A DNA stretch of 64,000 nucleotides, from assembly GCA_040768745.1 (NCBI GenBank), contig JAXGMI010000002.1, positions 192,001 to 256,000 on the forward strand, written 5' to 3'. Numbering within the stretch: the first letter of the stretch is position 1; each line of letters opens with the position of its first letter. Source of the stretch: Desulfomicrobium sp. (GTDB lineage Bacteria > Desulfobacterota > Desulfovibrionia > Desulfovibrionales > Desulfomicrobiaceae). Positions 28,294 through 38,320 of this stretch are shown here, in pieces. The notes beneath the pieces were generated by a model. The model saw only the letters and a program-made list of their open reading frames with translations, was not told where the DNA came from and searched no databases. The position numbers and the translations under genes were made by a program.

Positions 28294-29178
28294 TCAGAAT
28301 CCCCAGGCTGAGAGAGTCGGCCGCTTGTATTTTTTCTCCCGGGCCAGGACGTCAAGTCGCAGGGACTCCAGATCGTCCACCAGAGGCAGGGCCCTTCGGT
28401 CAAGGTTCCTGAAATCCGTTGTCTTGATATACATTTTACACGTTTTGCAGGCATTGACGCGCAGTCCCGGCTCTTCAGGACTGTCGTAATATTCGAGTCT
28501 GCCCGTGTCTGTTTCGAGACAGAAGGGGCACTGGAGCCGGGTGGCGCGGTATTCGGCATGACAGAATCCACAGATGTTGTAGCGAAAGCCTTCCTTTTCC
28601 CGCAGATCTGACATGATGGGCATGCTGCCGCACAGGGGGCAGTGTCCGTGGCCCCATGATTTGTTCAGGTCAGTCCGGGCTCCAAGCAGCTCGGCGCAGC
28701 GTTCCAAGGACGGAGTCATGGCTGCCTGCACAAGCATGGGCAGGGTCCGGGGGGCACTCGGGGTGGCAGTGCTCCACTTGGCGAAAAAGTTTTCGTCGCC
28801 GTCTAGATGGGCCTGCATGGCCTCGTCCAGATTGAGTGAGGGCTCTTTCAACGACCTGTCAATGGACGAAGCCGCTTCTTTCAAGGCCGGAGTGCTGGCC
28901 GCAAGGAGTTCCAGGAATTGATGGAAAAGACCCACGGTCTGGTCCCGGTCATACGGGAATTTGTTTCGCGGAAGCAGGGGCGCTCCCTGGGCGTGCTGGA
29001 GTGGGTCGGCGATCCCCAGCGTGGAGGCGGATGAAACCTGGGCCTTTTCGCGCGACTCAAGTTGGGCGGAGTATATCTTTTCGACCAGATGGATCAGGTC
29101 TGCGGGCAGAAAACCCCGTTCTTTGCATGCGTTGATCCGCTTGTTGAGCAATTCCCGTGCATTTCCGGCTGCGAGCAT
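28294..29178 (-). CDS. fdhE: Formate dehydrogenase accessory protein FdhE
   Basis: GHCPLCGS, CGFC..RLQCPFC, CKTCKMYIK, DDLESLRLD; start ATG 29178 or 29184. Confidence 0.9.
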   Translation of the reverse strand: MLAAGNARELLNKRINACKERGFLPADLIHLVEKIYSAQLESREKAQVSSASTLGIADPLQHAQGAPLLPRNKFPYDRDQTVGLFHQFLELLAASTPALKEAASSIDRSLKEPSLNLDEAMQAHLDGDENFFAKWSTATPSAPRTLPMLVQAAMTPSLERCAELLGARTDLNKSWGHGHCPLCGSMPIMSDLREKEGFRYNICGFCHAEYRATRLQCPFCLETDTGRLEYYDSPEEPGLRVNACKTCKMYIKTTDFRNLDRRALPLVDDLESLRLDVLAREKKYKRPTLSAWGF

Positions 29179-29339
29179 GTGCATTCTCCGTCAAAGGTGG
29201 AAGAAAAACAAGACATAACCGCCAACTTGCTATCCTTTCTTGCCACATATCACAATGCTTGTTTTATGCCCATGATTCATCTTATGGAATTGTCCGTTTG
29301 ATCGTGTGACATGTCATCCTCAAACGAGGGGAGGGAATC

Positions 29340-29753
29340 ATGACTGACTTTGCACAGGATGTAAGCCTGACCTTGCGTCTCCACTTCTGGCTTGAAAAGG
29401 ATCAGAAGATCTTCCTTGGCATTGGGCGGGCCTTGCTTTTGGAGAAAATAGAGGAGCACGGATCACTCCGGCAGGCCGCCACGGACATGAAAATGTCCTA
29501 CCGGGCAGCCTGGGGTAAACTCAAGGCGGCCGAAGAGAGTGTCGGCAGGCCGCTGGTGCAGAAGGTCAAAGGGCGGGGCCAGCGTTATGAATTGACGCCC
29601 GTGGGACGCCAACTGTCCCGCCAATTTCTGCAGCTCCAGGAGGACATCGAAACATTTGCGCGGACCAAAGCCCAGGAACTTTTCGGTGAAAAGGTGCAGT
29701 ACTACGCTGAGACCTACCCCGAAGGAAAAACACCACCCCTGAAGCCGGAGTAG
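29340..29753 (+). CDS. ModE-family winged-helix regulator lacking the molybdate-binding TOBE domains
   Basis: LGIGRALLLEKIEEHGSLRQAATDMKMSYRAAWGKL, LTPVG; upstream of moeA genes. Confidence 0.85.
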   Translation: MTDFAQDVSLTLRLHFWLEKDQKIFLGIGRALLLEKIEEHGSLRQAATDMKMSYRAAWGKLKAAEESVGRPLVQKVKGRGQRYELTPVGRQLSRQFLQLQEDIETFARTKAQELFGEKVQYYAETYPEGKTPPLKPE

Positions 29754-29756
29754 GTC

Positions 29757-30995
29757 ATGGATCATGGTTTTTTCCGGGTCATCACGCCGGCCCGTTTTCT
29801 GGAACTCCTCGCTGAATTCGCTCCAACTTCAGGAGAGGTGGCGGCCTTGGACGGCTGTCTGGGCCGGGTCCTGGCCGAAGATCTTGTGGCGGAGGAAAAC
29901 ATTCCAGCTCTGGACCGCTCCTGCATGGACGGATACGCACTGCGCGCTGCGGATACGTTCGGGAACAGCGAAGGCAATCCCGGCTACCTCCAACTCGTTC
30001 AGAATGCGGCCATCGACGAGGTGGTCGCTCGGCCGCTTGGGGTGGGCGAATGCATGGGTATTGCCACGGGAGGCTCGCTTCCGCCGGGCGCCGACGCCGT
30101 GATCATGGTCGAGCATACCCAGATCCTTGGTGAAAATACGGTCGAGGTCCGCAAGACCGTGGTGCCCGGGGAGAACGTCATGCTCGTTGGGGAGGACGTG
30201 GCGGCAAATGACGTGGCCTTGCCTGCCGGCCGCAGGCTGCGACCCCAGGACATTGGCCTCATGGCCGCCCTGGGTTTCAATACGGCCCGGGTCCATTGCC
30301 GGCCCCGCTGCGGTATCGTCTCCACAGGGGACGAACTCGTGCCCGTAACGGATAAACCCCGTCCCGGACAGGTCCGGGACGTCAATACGCACACACTTGC
30401 CTGCCTGGCCCGTCAGGCCGGGGCCATACCGGTGCTGCGCGGGCTGGTTCCTGACCAGCGGGAAAGCCTGGTGCGGGTCATATCCGAAAGCCTTGACCAG
30501 GACGACGTGCTTTTCATTTCCGGCGGCAGTTCCATCGGGGTCAGGGACCTGACCATCGATGTCCTGGAGTCCTTTGCGGACAGTGAAATTTTGGCCCACG
30601 GTGTGTCCATCAGCCCTGGCAAGCCAACCATCCTGGCCCGGGTCGGTGACAAGCCTGTTCTCGGTCTGCCGGGTCAGGTCACGTCTGCCCAGATCGTCAT
30701 GCTGGTTTTTGGGCAGCCCCTGCTCGCTCATCTTGGCGGAGATGCGCGAGCCTTTGATCCAGGTCGGAGGACCTTGCGTCCGGCGCGTCTCGGGGCAAAT
30801 CTTTCATCCAAACCCGGCCGGGAAGACTACGTGCGGGTTCGGCTGGAAGACCTTGGCGGAGAACTCGTGGCCATGCCAAGGTTGGGCAAGTCCGGCCTGC
30901 TGCGAACCATGCTCGATGCCGACGGATTGGTGCGTCTGGATGCCCCCTTGGAAGGGATAGCGGCCGGACAGACTGTGGCGGTCTGGGTCTTATAA
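29757..30995 (+). CDS. moeA: Molybdopterin molybdotransferase MoeA
   Basis: GRVLAEDL, SCMDGYA, TGGSLPPGADAV, STGDEL, SGGSS, PGKP, GLPG. Confidence 0.93.
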   Translation: MDHGFFRVITPARFLELLAEFAPTSGEVAALDGCLGRVLAEDLVAEENIPALDRSCMDGYALRAADTFGNSEGNPGYLQLVQNAAIDEVVARPLGVGECMGIATGGSLPPGADAVIMVEHTQILGENTVEVRKTVVPGENVMLVGEDVAANDVALPAGRRLRPQDIGLMAALGFNTARVHCRPRCGIVSTGDELVPVTDKPRPGQVRDVNTHTLACLARQAGAIPVLRGLVPDQRESLVRVISESLDQDDVLFISGGSSIGVRDLTIDVLESFADSEILAHGVSISPGKPTILARVGDKPVLGLPGQVTSAQIVMLVFGQPLLAHLGGDARAFDPGRRTLRPARLGANLSSKPGREDYVRVRLEDLGGELVAMPRLGKSGLLRTMLDADGLVRLDAPLEGIAAGQTVAVWVL

Positions 30996-31007
30996 CAGGG
31001 AGAACGT

Positions 31008-32948
31008 ATGCAAAAACGCAATGTTTATCTGCACACCATGCCTGTGGCCGAAGCCCTGCGCCTGGCCATAAAGGCCTTGGACCGGGATCGGCTGGTCCGC
31101 AGGGAAACCATTCCTGCCCAATTGGCATCAGGTCGGGTTCTGGCCAGGCCGGTTTATGCCGTGTGCTCGTCCCCCACGTTCCACAGTGCGGCCATGGACG
31201 GCTTCGCTGTGAGGGCAGATACGACCTTTGCTGCCCGGGAAGGTCATCCTCTGCGGTTGGCCAAGGGCACCCAGTGCGTGGCCGTCAACACGGGACATCC
31301 ACTTCCTGAAGGCATGGATGGCGTGCTCATGGTCGAAAAGGTTGTGCGTGAGACTGCGGACTTCATTGAAACGGAAACGCCGGTCTTTCCAATGCAGCAT
31401 GTCCGACGCATCGGTGAGGATATCGTGGCCACGGAACTGCTGCTGCCCCAGAACCGCCAGCTGTCGCCGTACGACGTGGGAGGGCTGCTGAGCGCGGGGA
31501 TCTGGGAGGTGCTGGTGTGGGAGAAGCTGCGCATAGCTTTCATCCCCACGGGCGACGAAGTCCTGGATTTTACCCTCCGTCCACAGCCCAGTCCAGGGCA
31601 GGTCATTGAAAGCAACTCTCAGATTTTTGCCGGACTGGCCGCCGCGCAGGACTGCCTTTTCGAGCGCATACCTCCCGTCCCGGACAACATGGAGGCCCTG
31701 ACCCAAGCTGTGCGGACTGCAGTGGATGGGGAGGCCCACATCGTGGTGGTGGGGGCAGGCTCATCGGCAGGGTCCAAGGACTATTCCAGGTCCATCATTG
31801 AGCGTCTGGGCCGCGTGCTGGTTCACGGAATTGACGTCATGCCCGGCAAGCCATCGATTTTGGGCGTGATCGACGGGAAACTTGTCGTGGGTGCCCCGGG
31901 ATACCCTGTGTCGGCCGTTGTCTGCTTCGAAGAACTGCTCATTCCCATTCTTTCCTGGCTGTCACGGAAGACACGGCCTGAACGGCGGAAGATCGGCGTC
32001 GAGATTTCCCGCAAAGTGCCCTCCAAGCTTGGCACCGAGGAGCTGGTTCGCCTGGCCATTGGCCGGGTGGGATCCAAATTAGTGGCCAGTCCCCTGAGCC
32101 GTGGCGCAGGTATGATCACCACATTGATCCGGGCCCAGGGTGTGACCCGCATCCCGGTCGACAGCGAGGGGGTCGAGGCAGGGAGCATGGTCCAGGCCGA
32201 GCTCCTGGTTCCGGAGTCAGAACTGGACCAGACCCTGATCGTGATCGGCAGCCATGACAACATCGTGGACGTGCTCGGGAACGATCTCATGTGTCTGCCC
32301 CGGCCGGTCCGCATCTCCTCCAGCCATGTGGGGTCCATGGGCGGCCTCACCGCCCTGCGCACCCGTTCGACCCTCATGGCTGGAACACATCTCTTCGATG
32401 AAGCCAGTGGAGACTTCAACTTTCCTTTTTTCAGCAAGTACTTGCCAGGCCTGGACGTGGTTTGTGTCAATCTGGCCATTCGCCACCAGGGCCTTATCGT
32501 GGCCAAGGGAAACCCCCTGAATATCCGGAGCGTGGAAGATCTGGCCCGGCCGGAGGTGCGCTTCATCAACCGCCAGCGCGGCGCGGGCACGCGCATCCTG
32601 CTCGACTATCATCTCCGTCAGGCCGGGATTGGAGCTGAACAGGTTCGGGGCTATGAGAAGGAGGAGTTCACGCATATGGCCGTGGCCGTCAACGTGCTGA
32701 CTGGCACTGCATCCTGTGGCCTGGGCATTTTTGCCGCAGCCAAGGCACTGGATCTGGACTTCATCCCTCTGGCCAGGGAGCGATACGACTTGGCGTTCCT
32801 GCCCGAACTGATGGATTGGAAAACGGAAGTTGTGCTGGAGCTGATCAGTTCGGCGGGATTCAAGGCCAGGATAGAAGCCCTTGGCGGCTACGAAACCACG
32901 CTTACAGGCCGGGTCATGCAACCGGGCGAGGGGCTTTGCGAGAAATAA
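31008..32948 (+). CDS. MoeA fused to a C-terminal periplasmic-binding-like (PBP) domain
   Basis: AAMDGFAV, PTGDEV, AGSSAGSKD, PGYPVSA; then GSHD, VGSMGGL, NRQRGAGTR, GYEKEEFTH. Confidence 0.9.
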   Translation: MQKRNVYLHTMPVAEALRLAIKALDRDRLVRRETIPAQLASGRVLARPVYAVCSSPTFHSAAMDGFAVRADTTFAAREGHPLRLAKGTQCVAVNTGHPLPEGMDGVLMVEKVVRETADFIETETPVFPMQHVRRIGEDIVATELLLPQNRQLSPYDVGGLLSAGIWEVLVWEKLRIAFIPTGDEVLDFTLRPQPSPGQVIESNSQIFAGLAAAQDCLFERIPPVPDNMEALTQAVRTAVDGEAHIVVVGAGSSAGSKDYSRSIIERLGRVLVHGIDVMPGKPSILGVIDGKLVVGAPGYPVSAVVCFEELLIPILSWLSRKTRPERRKIGVEISRKVPSKLGTEELVRLAIGRVGSKLVASPLSRGAGMITTLIRAQGVTRIPVDSEGVEAGSMVQAELLVPESELDQTLIVIGSHDNIVDVLGNDLMCLPRPVRISSSHVGSMGGLTALRTRSTLMAGTHLFDEASGDFNFPFFSKYLPGLDVVCVNLAIRHQGLIVAKGNPLNIRSVEDLARPEVRFINRQRGAGTRILLDYHLRQAGIGAEQVRGYEKEEFTHMAVAVNVLTGTASCGLGIFAAAKALDLDFIPLARERYDLAFLPELMDWKTEVVLELISSAGFKARIEALGGYETTLTGRVMQPGEGLCEK

Positions 32949-33104
32949 CAGTCATGTCTCGATTCGTTCTGCAGATCGCCTGGAATACATGGGCTGCTTC
33001 TGGCGGGCCTGTTGCGTTGACGTGCCTGAAAGGGGTGGAACCACAACGGGGCCATTGTCCTCGAAAAAATCCGTGATCCCTGAATGTGGTGAAATAACCA
33101 GAAG

Positions 33105-33311
33105 TTAGATGCGGCCCATGGAGCGCAGGCGAAGCTCGTGGAGGATAGCGTTTTCGTAATGCACGGAGGGCGGTTCCTGGTGTTCACTGGGCTCAATGTA
33201 TTTGTCGAGCATCTGGCTTTCTTCCCAAAAATCGAGCAATTCGTCGTGGCCGAGGATTTTGAGCTGATCTTCCAGGGTGAAGGGGTCCTGATTGGGAAGA
33301 AAACGCGCCAT
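33105..33311 (-). CDS. Small hypothetical protein (68 aa)
   Basis: MARFLPNQDPFTLEDQLKILGHDELLDFWEESQ...YENAILHELRLR; GGAG RBS; acidic helical composition. Confidence 0.65.
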   Translation of the reverse strand: MARFLPNQDPFTLEDQLKILGHDELLDFWEESQMLDKYIEPSEHQEPPSVHYENAILHELRLRSMGRI

Positions 33312-33694
33312 AGGGTCTGCTCCGTGGACTCGATTGAAGGGGTCGGACAGGCCATGCCATACAGGTCAGCCCCGCCACTGTCCATCCTTTTTCGTCTCGT
33401 GTCACGTCCTCGTCAAATGGCAAACAGCAGTTGCCTTGCTCCCCTGAAGGACGTACCCATCATCGCAGGTCTGGCCTTTCAGCAGGTCTGAAACGGTCGC
33501 GCCACCCGGGAGTATGATCCTGTTCTGGCGCAAAGCTTCCTGGAAGACATCTTGAGGATGGAAACCTGCACCGGAGCCCCCTGCCGGGTGCGTTCCCGTC
33601 TGATCGCCCTTGACCTGATCCGTCTTATGGGCCAGGAGATACGGCTCGTTTGGACCGAGCTGATTCGTATCCGAGCCGAAAAGCCAGGTATCTG

Positions 33695-33720
33695 AGCCGC
33701 CCCCGACCTGGGCGGCTTTT
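33695..33720 (+). terminator. Intrinsic terminator upstream of mfd
   Basis: agccgccc-ccgacct-gggcggct followed by ttt. Confidence 0.65.
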
Positions 33721-33752
33721 GCTGTTCACCATCATTTTTCCAGGCGTTCCGT

Positions 33753-36700
33753 GTGATTCCTTCCGCGCTGCAAAAATTTCTTGACGGGAACGAGTCCCAA
33801 ATCCGCATTTTCAAGAGCGGTCCGGCCACACAAATGTATTTGGCCCAGACCCTCATGGAAGATGGATACAATGTCGTTGTGGTGCTGCCCCCCAGCGCAG
33901 AGCTGCATCTGTATGTATCCTTGGCGCGACTTTTTTCCCCTGGTGAGCAGCACCGTCCGTTCTGGGAACGTTCATGGCTGCGCTTCCCGCGTTACGCGGT
34001 GGAAGAGCCGCGCCGCTCGCCGTGGCCCGAACGCTGGCAGGCCCTTTTTGCCCTTGGCCAGAAAGGACCCTCCCGGGGCGTGCTCCTGCCCCTGGAAAAC
34101 CTCATTCAGAAATGGCCTGAACCCGAAGTTCTCGCCCGCGAGCATCTGTGGGTGACCACGGGGGAGGAGGTCGCGCAGGACGATCTTCTCGAAACCCTCA
34201 TCAACTGGGGATACACCCGTGTCTCCATGGTCACGTCCGTGGGAGAAGCCTCATTGCGCGGGGACATCATGGACGTGTTCTGCCCCGGCTACGACCACCC
34301 CCTGCGACTGGAGTTTTTTGGCGATACCCTGGAGCGGATCCGGATATTTGAACCTGTGTCTCAGCGTTCCCGGGAAGATCTGAAGCATGCAGCCGTGTTG
34401 CCGGCGGGCCCGTGCATTGGCGCCAACACCTACCGCGAGGCGGCGCGGTCCATGCACGACGGATGGGTCAGGTTGGGGGAAATTCCCAAGGCCACGCGGG
34501 CAGATCTGGAAAAGGAAGTACTGCAGGTCAAGCCCGGTCTGCCTCCGAGCATGTACTACCAGCGCACTGTGGGCCTCCAGGCATGGTTGCCGGAGAAGAC
34601 TATTTTTCTCATGGTCGAAGCTCAGGATCTGCGGGCCAAGCTCGAGGAGACAAGCTGGGTCTGGCAGGACCATTTCCGCGGGGAGCAGCGGCAGTGGCCC
34701 CGGCAGGGCTTGATTCAGACTCCAGGAGATGTGCGCAGGGTATGGGATGATTCCCCCCAGATTCTTTTCGAAAGCTTGGTCATGGGTGTGCGGGAAGAGG
34801 GAGTCGAATTCCCCGAGGAGAGCGTGAGCAGCTTCGAGGATCTGTTCTGGACCTCGGAGAGCCGCACCAGACCATGGCGGGCTCTGATGCAGGAGTTGGA
34901 CGTCTGGAGACGGACGTATGGCCAGACCATTCTCTGTTTTCACTCCGAACAGTCCCGCAAGAAATTCCTGCAGCTCGCGGCCCAGGATGAGCACGTCCTG
35001 CAAACGGACTACGACATGCGCGGCAGGGGCCTGTTTGCCCTGGTGGGCTCTCTGGGTCATGGCATGCGCATGCCCTGGGCCGGGCTGCAGATCTTGCCAG
35101 AGTCCGTCCTGCAGCCCGGCGCGCCCAAGCCCCAGCGGATGGCAAGCAAGGCCTTCAAGGGATTGGATTCCTTTGACGAGTTGGAGGCCGGGGATCTTCT
35201 GATCCATCGCGACTATGGTCTGTGCAGGTTTGGCGGCCTGCATCGCATCAAGTTCGGCAGCGTGGCCAACGACTATCTGTTGTTGCAGTACGACGGGGAG
35301 GACCGCCTGTATCTGCCCGTGGACCGTCTGTCCCAGGTGCAGCGTTACAAAGGTCCCGAGGGAAGCAGTCCCAGCCTGGACAAACTGGGGAGCTCCTCCT
35401 GGATCAAGGCCCGGGAGAGGACTCGCCAATCCATCGCCAAGATCGCAAGCGATCTGGTTGAAATGTATGCTTTTCGCAAGATTGCCAAAGGCTTTCAATA
35501 CAATCCGGTGTCAGAAATGTACTGGGAATTCGAGGCCAGTTTCGGCTTCGACGAAACTCCGGACCAGGAAAAGGCAATCGGTGACGTCCTGGCTGACATG
35601 GAAAAGCCTGAGCCGATGGACCGGCTGGTTTGCGGGGACGTGGGCTTTGGCAAGACTGAAGTTGCACTGCGCGCGGCCTTCCGTGCGGTTATGGACGGCA
35701 AACAGGTGGCCTTGCTGTGCCCGACGACTGTTCTGGCCGAGCAGCACTATCAGACATTCCGCCAACGCATGGAGCCGTTTTCCATTAGTGTGGGCCTGCT
35801 CAGCCGCTTCGTGCCCCCGTCGGGTCAGAAGCGGGTCACCGAAGCCGTCCGGCGGGGGCAGGTGGACGTCCTCATCGGCACGCACCGCATGCTGTCCAAA
35901 GACGTTGAATTCGCCAACCTTTCCCTTCTCATCCTGGACGAGGAGCAGCGTTTCGGGGTCAAACACAAGGAGCGGATCAAGAAGATGCGCTCGAACATCG
36001 ACGTTCTGACCCTGACCGCTACGCCCATTCCGCGGACCCTGCAGCTGTCTCTTTCCGGAATCCGGGGATTGAGCGTTATCGAGACGCCTCCCCGAGACCG
36101 CAAACCGGTGGAGACATCCCTGATGGAACGCGATCCGGCCCAGCTGAAGGCGATTGTGGAGCGCGAAATAGCCCGTGGAGGCCAAGTCTTCTGGGTTTAT
36201 AACCGGATCCAAGGTCTGGAGCGGGTGAAGGAGTTCGTTTCCTCCCTTGTTCCCGGGGCCCGGGTCGGCATGGGGCATGGCCAGATGAAGGCCGCTGATC
36301 TGGAAGAAACCATGCACCAGTTCTGGCACGGAGAGCTGGACGTGCTCGTCTGTACGGCCATCGTTGAATCGGGGCTCGATTTCCCGAGGGCCAACACCCT
36401 TATCGTCGACCAGGCCCACCTTTTCGGCCTTGGGCAGCTCTACCAGTTGCGCGGTCGCGTGGGGCGTTCCAGCGAACAGGCCTATGCCTATTTCATCATC
36501 CAGGACCTGGACCGCTTGCAGGAAGCGTCCCGGAAACGGCTGAAGATCATCCTGGACATGGACTATCTGGGTGCGGGTTTCAAGGTGGCCATGGAGGACT
36601 TGCGCATGCGGGGGGCCGGGAACATCCTGGGCGAGGCCCAGTCCGGGACCATTGGCAAGGTTGGACTCGATCTTTTCCTGGAAATGCTGGAGGAAGAGGT

Positions 36701-37259
36701 GACCCGACTGCGTGGAGGAAAGGTGGAGACGGAAATCGAACCGGAACTCAACCTGGGCTTCCAAGCCCTCATCCCTGAACACTATGTCGCCGATAGCAAG
36801 GAACGCCTCCATTTGTACAAGGCACTTTCCTCGTGCAGGGATGAGGCCTGCATTGTCGAGGTTGTGGACGACATGCGCGACAGGTTTGGGTCCCTGCCCG
36901 AGGCCCTCAAGCTTTTTGTGGCGGTGCTTATGATCAAGATCGATGCCCGCCGGCTGGGCGCGGTGCGGGTGGACCTGTTGGATGATCGCGCTCTTTTCCA
37001 TTGGGATGAAACCCGCCACAACCTTGATTTGGCCAAGCTGGTGCTTTGGGTCAGCCAAAACGCGCAAGCCGCCCGGATTCTTCCTCCGGCCAAGGTGGAG
37101 TTGCGCTTGGCCACAGATGTTTCCCGCACCCAGGCCATGCATGGTCTCAAGGAAAGGCTGGGGAGTCTGCGGAACCACGTGCAGGTTTGCCAGGACACTT
37201 CCACCTCGCTCCCCGGGCTGGTCAAGTTTGAACTGGACTCGGCCGGCGCTGAAGGTTAG
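33753..37259 (+). CDS. mfd: Transcription-repair coupling factor
   Basis: RGDIMDVF, RLEFFGD, HRDYG, ETPDQ, CGDVGFGKTE, DEEQRFG, TATPIPRT, QLRGRVGRS, DLRMRGAGN. Confidence 0.97.
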   Translation: MIPSALQKFLDGNESQIRIFKSGPATQMYLAQTLMEDGYNVVVVLPPSAELHLYVSLARLFSPGEQHRPFWERSWLRFPRYAVEEPRRSPWPERWQALFALGQKGPSRGVLLPLENLIQKWPEPEVLAREHLWVTTGEEVAQDDLLETLINWGYTRVSMVTSVGEASLRGDIMDVFCPGYDHPLRLEFFGDTLERIRIFEPVSQRSREDLKHAAVLPAGPCIGANTYREAARSMHDGWVRLGEIPKATRADLEKEVLQVKPGLPPSMYYQRTVGLQAWLPEKTIFLMVEAQDLRAKLEETSWVWQDHFRGEQRQWPRQGLIQTPGDVRRVWDDSPQILFESLVMGVREEGVEFPEESVSSFEDLFWTSESRTRPWRALMQELDVWRRTYGQTILCFHSEQSRKKFLQLAAQDEHVLQTDYDMRGRGLFALVGSLGHGMRMPWAGLQILPESVLQPGAPKPQRMASKAFKGLDSFDELEAGDLLIHRDYGLCRFGGLHRIKFGSVANDYLLLQYDGEDRLYLPVDRLSQVQRYKGPEGSSPSLDKLGSSSWIKARERTRQSIAKIASDLVEMYAFRKIAKGFQYNPVSEMYWEFEASFGFDETPDQEKAIGDVLADMEKPEPMDRLVCGDVGFGKTEVALRAAFRAVMDGKQVALLCPTTVLAEQHYQTFRQRMEPFSISVGLLSRFVPPSGQKRVTEAVRRGQVDVLIGTHRMLSKDVEFANLSLLILDEEQRFGVKHKERIKKMRSNIDVLTLTATPIPRTLQLSLSGIRGLSVIETPPRDRKPVETSLMERDPAQLKAIVEREIARGGQVFWVYNRIQGLERVKEFVSSLVPGARVGMGHGQMKAADLEETMHQFWHGELDVLVCTAIVESGLDFPRANTLIVDQAHLFGLGQLYQLRGRVGRSSEQAYAYFIIQDLDRLQEASRKRLKIILDMDYLGAGFKVAMEDLRMRGAGNILGEAQSGTIGKVGLDLFLEMLEEEVTRLRGGKVETEIEPELNLGFQALIPEHYVADSKERLHLYKALSSCRDEACIVEVVDDMRDRFGSLPEALKLFVAVLMIKIDARRLGAVRVDLLDDRALFHWDETRHNLDLAKLVLWVSQNAQAARILPPAKVELRLATDVSRTQAMHGLKERLGSLRNHVQVCQDTSTSLPGLVKFELDSAGAEG

Positions 37260-37367
37260 TACCGTGGGCGCGCTGCATGTGTGCAGTCCATGCCGGAAAT
37301 CAGGCTGGGCGTCACAACCAGCTCTGCTTCCGGTGCAATCCATATGAGTACAACTGGACCGTTCAAT

Positions 37368-38282
37368 ATGAAAAAATATGGTCTGACCTCCGCATTGGTG
37401 GTTCTTTTCCTTTTTACCTTTCTGGCTTCCGGTCGCGCGGCCCAGGTCGTTGACCGCATCGTCGCCACGGTCAACGGGGAAATCGTGACCTATCAGGAAA
37501 TTCTGCAGCACATGCGGTCCATGGGTCAAATGCCGGACCAGGCCACAGCGGAAAAGGTCGCATCCCAGGTGCTGGACAGTATGATAGATGATATCATTCT
37601 GCGCCAGGAGGCTGAACGCTTGCAAATCGCTGTTACGGATTCGGAAGTGGAAAATGAAATCCGGCAGCTGAAGGTCCGCCGACGCTTGAGCGACGATGAA
37701 TTCAACCGTGGCCTGCGCCTGCAGGGCATGACCCTGGAGCAGTTCAAGGAGAGCACCCGGCAGGACATCATGAAGCATCGCATGCTCGGGTACATGGTTC
37801 GACGCAAGGTCGTGGTCACCCAGGAAGAGGTAGATGCGTATTTCGCGCAAAATCAGGCTGAGCTTGGCAGGGATCGGATCGTGGAATTGCAGATTCTCGT
37901 CCTGGGCGACCAGGACATGGCTGTGTCTCTGCGCGAAGCCCTGGACAAGGGCGAGTTCTCCTTTGCCGAGGCAGTGGCCCGTTATTCCGAAGGGCCCAAG
38001 GAAGCCGATGGCATGCTATCCGATGTGCACTGGAGGCAATTGGACGAGCCCTGGAAGGACGCATTGCGCGATCTCTCCGTGGGTGAGCTGAGCAGTCCCT
38101 TCATGATCCAGAACAAATGGGTACTTTTGAAACTTCTGGACCGCAGGGAGGGGGCAACTCAGCAGCCGGCCGATGTAGAGGAGGCAGTGCGGGAGGCCAT
38201 CATGCGTCCCAAGCTGGAAGAACGTTTCCAGGAATATATGCGCGGCCTGCGCAGCAAGGCAGTGATTGAGAAGCGGCTCTAA
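37368..38282 (+). CDS. surA: SurA-family periplasmic chaperone / PPIase
   Basis: Signal peptide; VVDRIVATVNGEIVT, FAEAVARYSEG, LRSKAVIE; start uncertain. Confidence 0.8.
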   Translation: MKKYGLTSALVVLFLFTFLASGRAAQVVDRIVATVNGEIVTYQEILQHMRSMGQMPDQATAEKVASQVLDSMIDDIILRQEAERLQIAVTDSEVENEIRQLKVRRRLSDDEFNRGLRLQGMTLEQFKESTRQDIMKHRMLGYMVRRKVVVTQEEVDAYFAQNQAELGRDRIVELQILVLGDQDMAVSLREALDKGEFSFAEAVARYSEGPKEADGMLSDVHWRQLDEPWKDALRDLSVGELSSPFMIQNKWVLLKLLDRREGATQQPADVEEAVREAIMRPKLEERFQEYMRGLRSKAVIEKRL

Positions 38283-38320
38283 CATCCCTGACGCCAAGCC
38301 ATGCATGGAGTTTTCCGGAT

